The notes: a model not told the origin generated them from the letters alone. DNA of 64,000 nt from an uncultured Verrucomicrobiae bacterium (GCA_963812605.1 CAWEWF010000004.1:224001-288000); one strand, 5' to 3'. Counted from the first letter of the stretch, positions 12,615 through 23,266 are shown. Numbers and translations: made by a program.

Positions 12615-12699
12615 TGCCGCCGGAGGGACTCGAACCCACACGGGATTTCTCCCATTAGCTCCTAAGGCTAACGCGTATATCCAGTTCCGCCACGGCGGC
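12615..12699 (-). tRNA. tRNA-Leu (TAG), CCA not encoded
   Basis: GCCGCCG acceptor pairs with CGGCGGC-A; anticodon arm TTAGC-CTTAGGA-GCTAA; long variable arm GGGA-GAAA-TCCC; T-loop TTCGAGT. Confidence 0.9.
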
Positions 12700-12719
12700 T
12701 TCGTTGGAAAGTTATCATC

Positions 12720-12970
12720 TGAGGGAGGGGCAAATCAAGTCGTGTCTGTTGGTGACCTTCTAGTTCCACTATCATTTCTGCCGCGACAATCGAGGCCATG
12801 AAACCTGTGCTTGCCGAGAACGTAGAAATCAAACCCTGCCGAAACTTGCGTTTGAGCTTCGGCTCGGAATCTATCGCCTTGCCGATTTTGACCGCAAGTT
12901 CACGGCCGTCGCGGTCTTTAGAAAACATGCAATGCGAGTCCGCGATAAAGCCGTAGGGCATCGAACCTAA
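12720..12970 (-). pseudogene. Gene remnant, possibly the C-terminal part of a TIR-domain protein
   Basis: LGSMPYGFIA...ELAVKIGKAI...GLISTFSASTGF resembles, from memory only, the LG.DPYGFI...L...F..S.SF tail of bacterial TIR proteins. No proper 5' end. Confidence 0.3.
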
Positions 12971-13159
12971 GCCAAACAGTATCTTGCCGAGGGTCACTTC
13001 AAAACCGGCTCGACGCAGCCGAAGGTCCTGGCCTCCATTCGGTTCATCGAGGAAGGCGGCACGGAAGCGCTGATCACCTGCACCGAAGTCCTCTCCGCAG
13101 CCCTCGCCGCCACGACGGGCACCCGCGTTGTGGCTTGGTTTTGTAGAGTAGATTATTAG
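12971..13159 (+). pseudogene. arcC: C-terminal remnant of carbamate kinase
   Basis: Manual translation AKQYLAEGHFKTGSTQPKVLASIRFIEEGGTEALITCTEVLSAALAATTGTRVV matches the ArcC tail pattern EGHF..GSM.PK..A.I.F...GG..A.IT......AL....GT.I. No start codon. Confidence 0.75.
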
Positions 13160-13239
13160 GATTGCCTTCTCTCGGGTGGCTTGCTACACATAAACCTTGA
13201 CAGCTCGACGGCGGTGAAACGTATGATAAGGAGATTGCC

Positions 13240-14979
13240 ATGAAACGTTTTTCGCTCGGTAGTCTGCGTGTTCGTCTTAGCCTGGTTGTGGTACTGGCCG
13301 TCATTCCATCCCTTGGATTGATTTATTACAACGCCCTCGAACAACGTGCAGCCGCCGACGCGCTGGCCCGACAGGATATCGCGCGCATTGCCCGGCTGAT
13401 GGCGGAGCACTACCGGACTGTCATCGACGATACACGCCAATTCCTCGTTCTGCTGGCGCAGTTGCCTCTCATTCGGAATGCTGATCCGTCTCGGGGCGGG
13501 CCAATGTTGGGGAAATTGCTCGGCGAATATCCGCTCTACTCCAACCTTGGAGTGGTCGGACCCGACGGCAACGTGTTGTGCAGTGCCTTGCCGCTGAAGG
13601 ACCCGGTGTCCGTTGCCGATGCCCCGTGGTTTCAGCAAGCGATGACGACGCGCGAATTCGCTGTCGGAGAATATCAGATGAGCGCCTTTAGTAGTCGCCC
13701 ATTGCTGAACTTCGGTTACCCGGTCGTTGGTTCCGATGGTCGGCCAGCACAGATCGTGTTCGCTACCCTTGATATTGCTTATCTCGTTCGGCAGATGAGT
13801 TTCGTCTTGCCGCTCGAAGCCGCAGAACTGGCGGTCGTGGACCGCGACGGCATCATCCTTGGGCAAACGGGTGGCCACGAGGATAGTGTTGGGCGTACTA
13901 CTCCTTTGGTTGCCATCATCAAAGAGGCCAGGGCGCAACGCGGTGGAGGAGACGGCCAGTGGTTCGATTCCGCAGGGGCTGCGCATCTTTACGCATTTTA
14001 TCCGATCGGCGGCAGACAAGCTGGTGTTGACCTCTACATGACCGCGAGCGTGCCCGTGGCTGTTGCATTAGCCGACGCCGATCGGCAGCTGAAGAAGAAC
14101 TTGATCGCACTGGCGCTGGTCGCGCTGCTGGCGTTGGTGGGGGCCCGGTACGGTGGCGAAGCGATTGTCTTGCGCCGCGCGAACGATGACCTGGAGCGGC
14201 GCGTTCAGGAACGCACCAGGGAACTGGCGCACGAGCAATTCCTGCTGCGGACGCTGCTGGACAACGTCCCGGATAGCATCTATTTCAAAGACTTGCAGGG
14301 CCGCTTTCTGCGATCCAGTCGGGCGCAGACCAAGCGATTCGGTCTTAGCGATCCCGCGCAAGCCATTGGGAAGACGGACTTCGATTTCTTTGCTGCGGAG
14401 CATGCCAAGGAAGCGTTCACGGACGAGCAACAGATCATCCAAACGGGCCAACCACTGATCAGCGTGGAAGAGAACTCTCCCTTGGCCGACGGAACAGAAA
14501 GATGGGTCTCCACCTCAAAGCTGCCGTTGCGAGACGCGCGGGGGGACATCGTCGGCACGTTCGGCATCTCGCGTGAGATCACCGAGCGCAAGCAAGCCGA
14601 GCAAACACTGGCCAAAGAACGCAGTATGCTGCTCACGTTGATCGACAATCTTCCCGACATCGTGTTCATCAAAGACGCGAAAGGCCGCTACGTATTCGAT
14701 AACGCCGCTCATCGAGCATTTCTGGCGGTCGGCACCCTCGACGACATCGTGGGCAAGACCGTGTTCGACTTCTATTCAAAGGAACAGGCGACACAACTTC
14801 ACGCCGATGATCAGGCGGTGTTGACGGGCGGGGTGCCGGTACTTAATCGCGAGGAGCACCTGACCGACCGCAAGGGGCGGAAGATTCGGGCGGTGACCAG
14901 CAAGGTTCCGTATCGCGACGACCAACGCAGAATTGTTGGCCTTGTCTGCATCTCCCACGTGCTTGGCGAGCGGAAATAA
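13240..14979 (+). CDS. Membrane sensor: TM-dCache-TM-PAS-PAS with no output domain
   Basis: Cache region (DGNVLCSA, DAPWFQQA, FAVGEYQ), coiled coil LERRVQERTREL, two PAS/PAC domains (LLDNVPDSIYFKD; LIDNLPDIVFIKD); stop right after the second PAC. Confidence 0.85.
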   Translation: MKRFSLGSLRVRLSLVVVLAVIPSLGLIYYNALEQRAAADALARQDIARIARLMAEHYRTVIDDTRQFLVLLAQLPLIRNADPSRGGPMLGKLLGEYPLYSNLGVVGPDGNVLCSALPLKDPVSVADAPWFQQAMTTREFAVGEYQMSAFSSRPLLNFGYPVVGSDGRPAQIVFATLDIAYLVRQMSFVLPLEAAELAVVDRDGIILGQTGGHEDSVGRTTPLVAIIKEARAQRGGGDGQWFDSAGAAHLYAFYPIGGRQAGVDLYMTASVPVAVALADADRQLKKNLIALALVALLALVGARYGGEAIVLRRANDDLERRVQERTRELAHEQFLLRTLLDNVPDSIYFKDLQGRFLRSSRAQTKRFGLSDPAQAIGKTDFDFFAAEHAKEAFTDEQQIIQTGQPLISVEENSPLADGTERWVSTSKLPLRDARGDIVGTFGISREITERKQAEQTLAKERSMLLTLIDNLPDIVFIKDAKGRYVFDNAAHRAFLAVGTLDDIVGKTVFDFYSKEQATQLHADDQAVLTGGVPVLNREEHLTDRKGRKIRAVTSKVPYRDDQRRIVGLVCISHVLGERK

Positions 14980-15277
14980 GCTTTAACCCCATCTTGGTCG
15001 GGGGTAGGACTGGCTTGTGCCGGTCGCAACCGGGTACTGCGTCATCAGGCGCGCGCCTCGACCGCCAAGAACCATCTGGACGCGGTCATCTGGCTCCACG
15101 GGGACCTGATCGACATACTGAGCGTGATCCGCCCCAGGGACGCGTTGCCATTCCAGAGTAGCGGGATTTGCCAAACGGGCGCAACCGTCGTTGTCGCCGC
15201 ACGGTGGCGTAAGTGGTTCTGATTCAGATTGACAGGCCTTCGGGAGACTTCTACGCTCCGACCAGTAGCCAAATATT

Positions 15278-15790
15278 ATGAAATGTCCAAGATGCAGTTC
15301 CATGCTCAGTCCGGTTGACGACGACGGCATCCAAGTCGAAGTTTGCACGGGTTGCAAAGGTGAATGGTTGAGCGCGGGGGAACTTCAGCTGCTCGTTGAG
15401 CATCACGCCGAGGTTTTCACTCCGGAAGAACTCGCTTCCGTGGATGCGATCAACAAGGTGGCCTTTACGGCGGAGAATTGTGATCATGATGAGTTGAATT
15501 GTCCGCAGTGTGAAACCGTGCCCATGGAACATTTTAATTATGGCGACACGAGTGGAATGATTTTGCACAAATGTCCTGAATGCGGCGGCATTTGGACCGA
15601 CAAAGACCAGTTGAAAAAAGCGGAGATGCTGGTCGATGGTTGGAAGGAATGCCTCAATCAGGATGTGGACAAGTACGGTCCGATTCTTGAGAAAGTCGAG
15701 CAGAAGGAGCAGGAGGAACTCGACAAAGCCGTCTCCATTTCCCGGTTCGGTTTCGTCAACGCGATCTTGCGACGATTTTGTGAAGAGTAA
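15278..15790 (+). CDS. Double zinc-ribbon (zf-TFIIB-like) protein
   Basis: MKCPRC...CTGCKGEWLSAGEL and CPQC...CPECGGIWTDKDQL. Confidence 0.8.
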   Translation: MKCPRCSSMLSPVDDDGIQVEVCTGCKGEWLSAGELQLLVEHHAEVFTPEELASVDAINKVAFTAENCDHDELNCPQCETVPMEHFNYGDTSGMILHKCPECGGIWTDKDQLKKAEMLVDGWKECLNQDVDKYGPILEKVEQKEQEELDKAVSISRFGFVNAILRRFCEE

Positions 15791-15810
15791 ACCGGACTCT
15801 TCCCTGCTTG

Positions 15811-16749
15811 CTACCGGGGATTGGACGGGGGACCGTAGTTCACGCCGGCAATGTGCTCCTGCAGGATCGCCTCCTGGAGCGCGGCCAGGGCGTCCTGGCA
15901 CAGCAGCATCACCTTGCGCTTCTGGTTCAGGGAGATAGCCAGGGATCGGACATTCGTGTTCTCGCGTGAGAGCGCAAGGATTTGCGTCCGGATCTTGCTG
16001 AACGTGGCATAACCCGCGAGAGCGGCTCCGAGATCCGTGTCCCCGGTAAGCATCGGCACCCCGGCCAACTGCTTCAAATCTTTGCGGACCGTTTGATCTT
16101 CTTTGGTCATCCGCGCTTCCAACTCATCCATTTTCGAATCGCTCTCTTCCGCGATGTGCGGCGGGAGCAGGGCCTGGATGCGTAGTGCCGCGGTTTGGGC
16201 TCCAAAGGCCAGCAGCGCGATGTCTCTCGCATTCGGGGCGGACGCGCTTTTTTCCACGATGCGGGGAATTGCGGCGTTCATTTCCGCCAACGCATCCGCG
16301 GCCGGACCAAACGCCAAACTGTACGCCTTGAGGTTGGTGTTCTTGACCGCCAGGATCAAAAGATTGCTATCGACAAGCTGGAAATCGGCGAACACCTTCG
16401 AGAATTGGGCCAGCAATTCCTTCTCGTTTGCAGTCCCGCCCGTCTGGAGAAGGTCCCCCAATTCCTTGCTTCCGCGATCCACCTCCGCTGTGGCCGCGCG
16501 GGCCTGGTCGGCAAATTTTTGAGAGTCCTCATCGGTGATGGCCATGACGGCGCTCTTTTCGGCCTCGGAAGCCGAGGCTAGGGCCAGGCGCATTCGTTCC
16601 ACCAGGTCGACCCTTTTGGCCTTGAAAGCGAGTTGTTCAGCCGGGCTCTGGCTTTTTTGCACGTGCAACACGACCAGCATGACCACGAGCAGCATCGCCG
16701 CGCCAAAGGCCATCCAGAACACGTCCTTGCTGCCGGGTCTCATCGTCAT
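15811..16749 (-). CDS. Membrane-anchored MCP four-helix-bundle sensor-like protein with no cytoplasmic domain
   Basis: Single N-terminal TM, then two helical-bundle repeats ending ILAVKNTNLKA and ILALSRENTNVRS; AEKSAVMA motif. Confidence 0.7.
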   Translation of the reverse strand: MTMRPGSKDVFWMAFGAAMLLVVMLVVLHVQKSQSPAEQLAFKAKRVDLVERMRLALASASEAEKSAVMAITDEDSQKFADQARAATAEVDRGSKELGDLLQTGGTANEKELLAQFSKVFADFQLVDSNLLILAVKNTNLKAYSLAFGPAADALAEMNAAIPRIVEKSASAPNARDIALLAFGAQTAALRIQALLPPHIAEESDSKMDELEARMTKEDQTVRKDLKQLAGVPMLTGDTDLGAALAGYATFSKIRTQILALSRENTNVRSLAISLNQKRKVMLLCQDALAALQEAILQEHIAGVNYGPPSNPR

Positions 16750-17132
16750 AAGTTCACCCTTCCTAATACCGGAATTGCGTCTCTCGCGCAACGCTTCTTG
16801 TTGCGAGGCCACAAGTTCTCGGCCTCACCAAGCCCCAATTTACTTGACGTTCGGGTGGTCATTTGCTGTACTTCGCCCCGGTTGGAAAAATGGCGAGGTT
16901 GGCGTCTCGTTTGCGTTTCCTCTCTCGGTTCCCTTCGAGAATCGCAAGGCATACAGACCTTCAACGCATCACGCGGGGCGCTCCTTAAAGTGGTTCATCA
17001 GGACACAGCATTGCCCGTGTGCCTATTCATCGACGGCGTTCCGTTCCGTCCGGATGCGCAAGTAATGCGGGAAACGTCGGATCAATAGTTCGAGAAAACT
17101 TGGTGTCGATAAAAAACTGAAGGGGAAAAACC

Positions 17133-20100
17133 ATGAGGATTCTTCGCGTTTCTTTGATCGTTGTCCTGGTTGTTGCGGCTGGTCGAGTGTTCAACGCCGA
17201 TGCTGTGACGGAGGCGACTCTTTACTCCTTTGGCAGTTTCTCCACCGACGGGACCACTCCAGAGGCCGGATTGGTGCAGGGCAGCGACGGTAATTTCTAC
17301 GGGATGGCCAGCGGCGGCGGGACGAGCTTGAACGGCACGGTGTTTCGGATCACTCCCAGCGGCGCCGAAACGAATCTTTACTCCTTCGGCAGTCAACCCA
17401 ACGATGGGAACAGTCCATTTGCGGAGCTGGTGCAGGGCAGCGACAGCAATTTCTACGGGACGACCAGTGGCGGCGGGACGAGCACCGATTGCGTTGGCGG
17501 ATGCGGCACCGTGTTTCGGATCACTCCCAGCGGCGCCGAAACGAATCTTTACTCCTTTGGCAGTCAACCCAATGATGGGGCCAATCCAGAGGCCGGATTG
17601 GTGCAGGGCAGTGACAGCAATTTCTACGGGACGACCTTTTCCGGCGGGACGAGCTCGAACGGCACGGTGTTTCGGATCACTCCCAGTGGCGCCGAAACGA
17701 ATCTTTACTCCTTTGGCAGTCAACCCAACGATGGGGCCAGTCCATAAGCCGGAGTTGGTGCAGGGCGGTGACAGCAATTTCTACGGGACGACCTTTTCCG
17801 GCGGGACGAGCTCGAACGGCACGGTGTTTCGGATCACTCCCAGTGGCGCCGAAACGAATCTTTACTCCTTTGGCAGTCAACCCAACGATGGGAACAGTCC
17901 ATTTGCGGAGCTGGTGCAGGGCAGCGACAGCAATTTCTACGGGACGACCTTTTTCGGCGGGACGAGCACGAATTGCTTCGGCGGATGCGGCACCGTGTTT
18001 CGGATCACTCCCAGCGGCGCCGAAACGAACCTTTACTCCTTTGTCGGCCCCCCCAACGATGGGGCCAATCCAGGGGCCGGGCTGGTGCAGGGCAGCGACA
18101 GCAATTTCTACGGGACGACCGAGCAAGGCGGTGCGAATGGTCTCGGCACGGTGTTCCGGATCAGTCCCAGTGGCGCCGAAACGAATCTTTACTCCTTTGG
18201 CAGTCAACCCAACGATGGGACCGATCCATTTGCCGTGTTGGTGCAGGGCAGCGACAGCAATTTCTACGGGACGACCAGTGGCGGCGGGACGAACGGGGCG
18301 GGCACCGTGTTCAAACTCACGCTCTGCGATTTTTCGATTGACCACACCAATGCAGCCTTCACAGCGGCGGGCGGTTCCGACAGTGTGAGCGTGACCACCT
18401 CCAATGGCTGCGCGTGGACAGCCAGCACCACGAATAGCTGGATCACGATCACGGCGGGCAGCAGCGGCACAGGCAACGGGACAGTCAGCTACTCAGTGGC
18501 GGCCAACGCCAGTTCCAGTGTGCTCACTGGCACGGTCACCATCGCGGGCCAAAGGTTTACGGTGACAGAAGGTGGTATCGCCTGCACGTTTTTGATTGAC
18601 CCGACCAACGGAGTGTTCACGGCGGCGGGCGGTGTGGGCGGTGTGAGCGTGACCGCACCCAATGGCTGTGCCTGGACGGCAATCAGCAACAGCGGCTTCA
18701 TCACAATCACTGCCGGCAGCAGCGGCTCGGGCAACGGCAGCGTCAGCTATAGCGTCGCCACCAACGCGAACGCGACAATTCAGACCGGCACCATGACCAT
18801 CGCCGGGCAGACTTTCACCGTCACCGAGGCGGCGGCTGCCTGCAACGTCTCGCCCGCCTCAACCAACGCCAGCTTCAGCGCGGCGGGAGGCTCCAGCAGC
18901 GTTGTCATCACCGCCAACGGGACCAACTGCTCCTGGACGGCTGTCAGCAACAGCGGCTTCATCACGATCACCGCCGGCAGCAGCGGCTCGGGCAACGGCA
19001 GTGTCAGCTATACCGTTGCCATCAACTCGAACACGACAATTCAGACCGGCTCGATGACCATCGCCGGGCAGACGTTTACCGTCACCCAGGCGGCGCTCGC
19101 CTGCAACGTCTCGCCCGCCTCAACCAACGCCAGCTTCAGCGCGGCGGGAGGCTCCAGCAGCGTTGTCATCACCGCCAACGGGACCAACTGCTCCTGGACG
19201 GCTGTCAGCAACAGCGGCTTCATCATGATCACCGCCGGCAGCAGCGGCTCGGGCAACGGCAGCGTCAGTTATACCGTCGCCGCCAACTCGAACACGACAA
19301 TTCAGACCGGCACCATGACCATCGCCGGGCAGGTGTTCACCGTCACGGAAGCGGCGGCGGCCTGCAACGTCTCGCCCGCCTCAACCAACGCCAGCTTCAG
19401 CGCGGCGGGAGGCTCCAGCAACGTTGTCATCACCGCCAATGGGACCAACTGCTCCTGGACGGCTGTCAGCAACAGCGGCTTCATCACGATCACCGCCGGC
19501 AGCAGCGGCTCCGGTAACGGTAGCGTGAGTTATACCGTCGCCACCAACGCGAACGCGACAATTCAGACCGGCTCGATGACCATCGCCGGGCAGACTTTCA
19601 CCGTCACGGAAGCGGCGGCGGCCTGCAACGTCTCGCCCACCTCAACCAACGCCAGCTTCAGCGCGGCGGGAGGCTCCAGCAACGTTGTCATCACCGCCAA
19701 CGGAACCAACTGCTCCTGGACGGCTGTCAGCAACAGCGACTTCATCACGATCACCGCCGGCGGTAGCGGCTCGGGCAATGGTAGCGTGAGTTATACCGTC
19801 GCCGCGAATACCAACATGACAACCCTGATCGGCACCATGACCATTGCCGGTCAGACATTCACGGTGACCCAGGCGGCGCTCCCCTGCAGCGTCTCGCCCA
19901 CCTCAACCAGCGCCAGCTTCAGCGCGGCGGGGGGCTCCAGCAACATCGTCATCACCGCCAACGGGACCAGCTGCTCCTGGACGGCTGTCAGCGATAGCGG
20001 CTTCATCACGATCACCGCCGGCAGCAGCGGCTCGGGCAACGGCAGTGTCAGCTATGCCGTCGCCGCCAACACGAACGCGACAATCCAAATCGGCACCATG

Positions 20101-20679
20101 ATCATCGCCGGGCAGACGTTTACGGTCACGCAGGCAGGCGGGGTTAGCCCAAACTGCCGGTTGACCCTGAGTGCGACGAGCATCAACCTGCCCGCAAAGG
20201 GTGGAACCAAGACCGTGAAGTTGAAAGCCAAAGGCACCGACTGCGCGTGGACGGCGATCAGCAACGATTCATTCATCAGGATCATTTCCGGCAGTAGCGG
20301 CACGGGCAACGGCAAGGTCCGTTACACCGTTCCCGGCAACACGAACACCACGGCGTTGAGCGGCACGATGACCATTGCGGGCCAGACCTTCACCGTCAAT
20401 CAGGCTGCCGGAGGCTGCACGTTCTCCTTAAGCCCGAAGGATGGGAATTTCCAGGCGGCAGGCGGTCCGGCGGCTGTGCAGGTGAAGCCCAACCTTGGCG
20501 ATTGCGCATGGACGGCGGTCAGCAACGATGCGTTTATTAAGATCGTCGGCAATACCAATGGAGTTGGCAGGGGAACCGTCGGTTACTTCGTGTCTGCCAA
20601 CACCAACACTACGACGTTGACAGGTTCGATCACCATCGCCGGCGAGACGTTCACGATAACAGAGTCGGGCGCCCCCTAA
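17133..20679 (+). CDS. Secreted protein with 7 GloVer (choice-of-anchor) repeats and 9 BACON-like domains; lesion near 17745
   Basis: Signal peptide; 7 repeats of ETNLYSF..DG..P.A.LVQGSDSNFYGTT..GG..GTVFRITPSG; 9 repeats of about 87 aa (C..S....F.AAGG...C.WTA.SN..FI.I...SSG.GNG.V.Y.V..N......G..TIAGQ.FTVT). Repeat 4 has a TAA plus an extra G. Confidence 0.85.
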
Positions 20680-20740
20680 GTCGAGAGGCAACACTTATCG
20701 AATTGCCTTATAGGGCTGTGGTATCTACGCGAGTTTCCTA

Positions 20741-22351
20741 CTACGACGCAATTCGATCGCGTCGCGGGTATAACAACATCGCAATCAGGATTCCGGACAC
20801 GAAACCGCCAACATGCGCGAGGTTGTCCACTTGTGGTTCGAGGCCGCCAATGGTGAAGTCCGTGGCGACCATTAACGCCAGCACCACCAGCAGTCGCCGT
20901 CGCAGGGCGTGATACATGGGCGAATGCAGCCGCCACACCGCGACGGCAAACGCCCCGATCACACCAAAGATTCCCCCGCTCGCGCCGATGGCCACGTCGT
21001 AGTGCGCCACGAACGCGCTGGCGAGGTTGCCGAGCGCGCCGGCCAGCAGGAACACGATGAGGAAGCGACAGCGGCCCATGGTCTTCTCGACCGCCGTTCC
21101 AAAAATCCACAGCCCGGCGCCGTTCATCACCAAATGCAGCCAGTTCGCATGCAGGAATAGCGCCGTAAAAATGCGCCACCACTCGCCTTCCTGGACCGTG
21201 GCGGAGCTGTTACCGGCCCACAACAGGAATTTCTCCTGCAGGTCACTGCTTAAAAACACATCACCAACCAAATACACAACCACCAGGATTACCAGGAGCA
21301 CCAGCGTCACCGGCTCGGGCCGCCCCATGAACATCAAGGCGCGCCACGCGGCCGTGTCCTTCTGCGCGCGTTGCAACAGGTCCTGGCCGTGTGCGTACGC
21401 CGGGTCTTGCGCGGCCCATCGCGTCGGCATTTCCTCCGTTTGGGCGCGGTGCAAGTGCTGCGTGATGGCCTTGCGCCACAAATGGTCCCGCAACCGGGTC
21501 AACTCCAGCGCGCGCGCGAGGCATTGCGCCGCCGTCTCGCGATCGCCGCGCGCCAGCGCGCACCGGCCACGCCAGTAGGCCGCGAATCGAGTGAATCCAC
21601 GGGAACGGCGCCTGTATTCGCGTTGCCGCAACAGGGAGTCGACGGCTGCCATGTCGCCGGCCAGCGCCGCTACGCAAACCCGCGTGGCCCAAAGCTGCGT
21701 TTGTTTCGCACCGAGCGTTCGTGGTGACAGCACGACGAACGGAAGACTGCGCAGCGCCCGTTCGACCTGGCCGATCTCCGCCAGCGCGCGCGCGGCGAAC
21801 AACCGCGCCTGCGTCACCTGCCCCAGCGTGCCCCAATCGTAAACGCTTTCGTAATATGCCACGGCCCGCTCCCATTGCCGCAGGGTCACGAGCAGCGCCA
21901 GTTTCCAGATGCGCACAAGGCCGCAGATCATCAATGGCATCGGTTGCGCGGCGAGTTGATCGAGCGCCCGCAACGCTTCCTCTGTTTGCCCGCGCGCCAA
22001 CAGGCGCAAAGCCGCGGCGTGGCGACGATACAGTCGGCCGGTTTGCCCCCAGGCAACCCAGCCCGCCCATTGGCGAAACAGGGCCGCGTCGCGCCAATAC
22101 CCGCGCAGTTCTTTCCCCGCCGCCAGGGAAGTCAGCGCGGCAGGCGCGATGACAAATATTCCGAAGAGCGCCCAGGCGATGGGGACCCAGACATATTCCT
22201 TGCTGAAATAAATCGCCCCGCAACAAGCCAGGAGCGTGACTGACAATTGGGAAATTTGCGCCGCGTACCAGCGCCGCTCGCCGCCGAGCAACGGTAGCAG
22301 TTGCGTGATCGCCAGGAACAGGATCGGGTAAACGAGAAAACGTTGGCTCAT
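20741..22351 (-). CDS. Rhomboid intramembrane serine protease with N-terminal TM and TPR-like region
   Basis: EWWRIFTALFLHANWLHLVMN, GASGGIFG, DNLAHVGGF. Confidence 0.9.
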   Translation of the reverse strand: MSQRFLVYPILFLAITQLLPLLGGERRWYAAQISQLSVTLLACCGAIYFSKEYVWVPIAWALFGIFVIAPAALTSLAAGKELRGYWRDAALFRQWAGWVAWGQTGRLYRRHAAALRLLARGQTEEALRALDQLAAQPMPLMICGLVRIWKLALLVTLRQWERAVAYYESVYDWGTLGQVTQARLFAARALAEIGQVERALRSLPFVVLSPRTLGAKQTQLWATRVCVAALAGDMAAVDSLLRQREYRRRSRGFTRFAAYWRGRCALARGDRETAAQCLARALELTRLRDHLWRKAITQHLHRAQTEEMPTRWAAQDPAYAHGQDLLQRAQKDTAAWRALMFMGRPEPVTLVLLVILVVVYLVGDVFLSSDLQEKFLLWAGNSSATVQEGEWWRIFTALFLHANWLHLVMNGAGLWIFGTAVEKTMGRCRFLIVFLLAGALGNLASAFVAHYDVAIGASGGIFGVIGAFAVAVWRLHSPMYHALRRRLLVVLALMVATDFTIGGLEPQVDNLAHVGGFVSGILIAMLLYPRRDRIAS

Positions 22352-22364
22352 GGGCGAGGAACAC

Positions 22365-22826
22365 TTAAGGGAGAACAGTCACCGCATCCCCGATCTCCAG
22401 GAGATCGTAGAGCCTCTCGATTTGCTCGACGTTCATCGCCACGCAGCCATGCGTCCAGGTAATGTTCGGACACGGCCCGTGCAAGCCGACCTCGCCGCCG
22501 AGGGCGGTTTTCCAAGGCGGACATTCTTTTCCGGCAATCGCGTCGCGGATCAACTGATACTCGGTCGGAGAAATGAGTTTGTTGCGCAGCCCGCGTTCAG
22601 CGTCTTCAACATTGGGATAGCTCAGCCCCAAAAAGCGGTGGTATTTGCTTTCGGGATTCTTGTAACAGATGTAGAACTCGCCTTCAGGCGTTGCCAGGTC
22701 GCCCTCGCGCTGTTTATCGGCGGGGTTCTTGCCAACAACAACGGGAATGCGGAGCACCTCTTCGTCGCCATCGAAAACGGTGAGGGATTTCGCGTGCTTC
22801 GTGATGACCAGCCGCCGCGCGCTCAC
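22365..22826 (-). CDS. L,D-transpeptidase (YkuD family)
   Basis: KQREGDLATPEGEF, LSYPN, GGEVGLHG...WTHGCVAM. Confidence 0.9.
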   Translation of the reverse strand: MSARRLVITKHAKSLTVFDGDEEVLRIPVVVGKNPADKQREGDLATPEGEFYICYKNPESKYHRFLGLSYPNVEDAERGLRNKLISPTEYQLIRDAIAGKECPPWKTALGGEVGLHGPCPNITWTHGCVAMNVEQIERLYDLLEIGDAVTVLP

Positions 22827-23134
22827 GCCTGCCCTGCTCCGGGCGGGGCCAACGTGTCAATCCGGGCAGCCAGCTCAAAATCCTTTTGCGTAATGCCGCC
22901 GGCATCGTGCGTTGTGAGCAAGATCTTTACGCGTTTGTAACGATGAAGTTGAAGATCGGGATGATGATCCATCCGATTGGCGATCGGCGCTATCTTCGCG
23001 ATAAATTTGGCCGCTCCCGTAAAACTACTCAGGGTAAACTCTTTCGTCAGCGCATTTCGATCGCGCTTCCACCCGCTCAGTTTTGCCAGGTTTTGCTCGA
23101 TCTTCGATTGGGAAAGCTTTGCCGGTTTTGCCAT
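22823..23134 (-). CDS. phhB: Pterin-4-alpha-carbinolamine dehydratase
   Basis: ANRMDHHPDL...LTTHDAGGITQKDFELAARID. Confidence 0.9.
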   Translation of the reverse strand: MAKPAKLSQSKIEQNLAKLSGWKRDRNALTKEFTLSSFTGAAKFIAKIAPIANRMDHHPDLQLHRYKRVKILLTTHDAGGITQKDFELAARIDTLAPPGAGQA

Positions 23135-23266
23135 GATTGCCTCCGGCGCACTGTAGCAGAATTTTTGCGTCTTTTCGCAAGAATTTCGCGGCTGGGGACG
23201 TTGACTTTTTGGGAGGCGCTCCCTATATTGACTGCGGAAACAGGACAAACTTACTCCGATTCAATC

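Noticed and set aside
15020-15222. Startless frame RNRVLRHQ...HGDLIDILSVIRP as an Abi/HEPN remnant
   Set aside because: The resemblance to RNRxxH is too weak to support without a search.
17210-20130. Long DNA repeats as CRISPR or a DGR template/variable pair
   Set aside because: All are in-frame protein repeats; there is no reverse transcriptase and no adenine-specific variation.
23239-23261. Rrf2 autoregulatory operator AACAGGA-N9-TCCGATT
   Set aside because: The position is plausible but the palindrome is too imperfect to call from one sequence.
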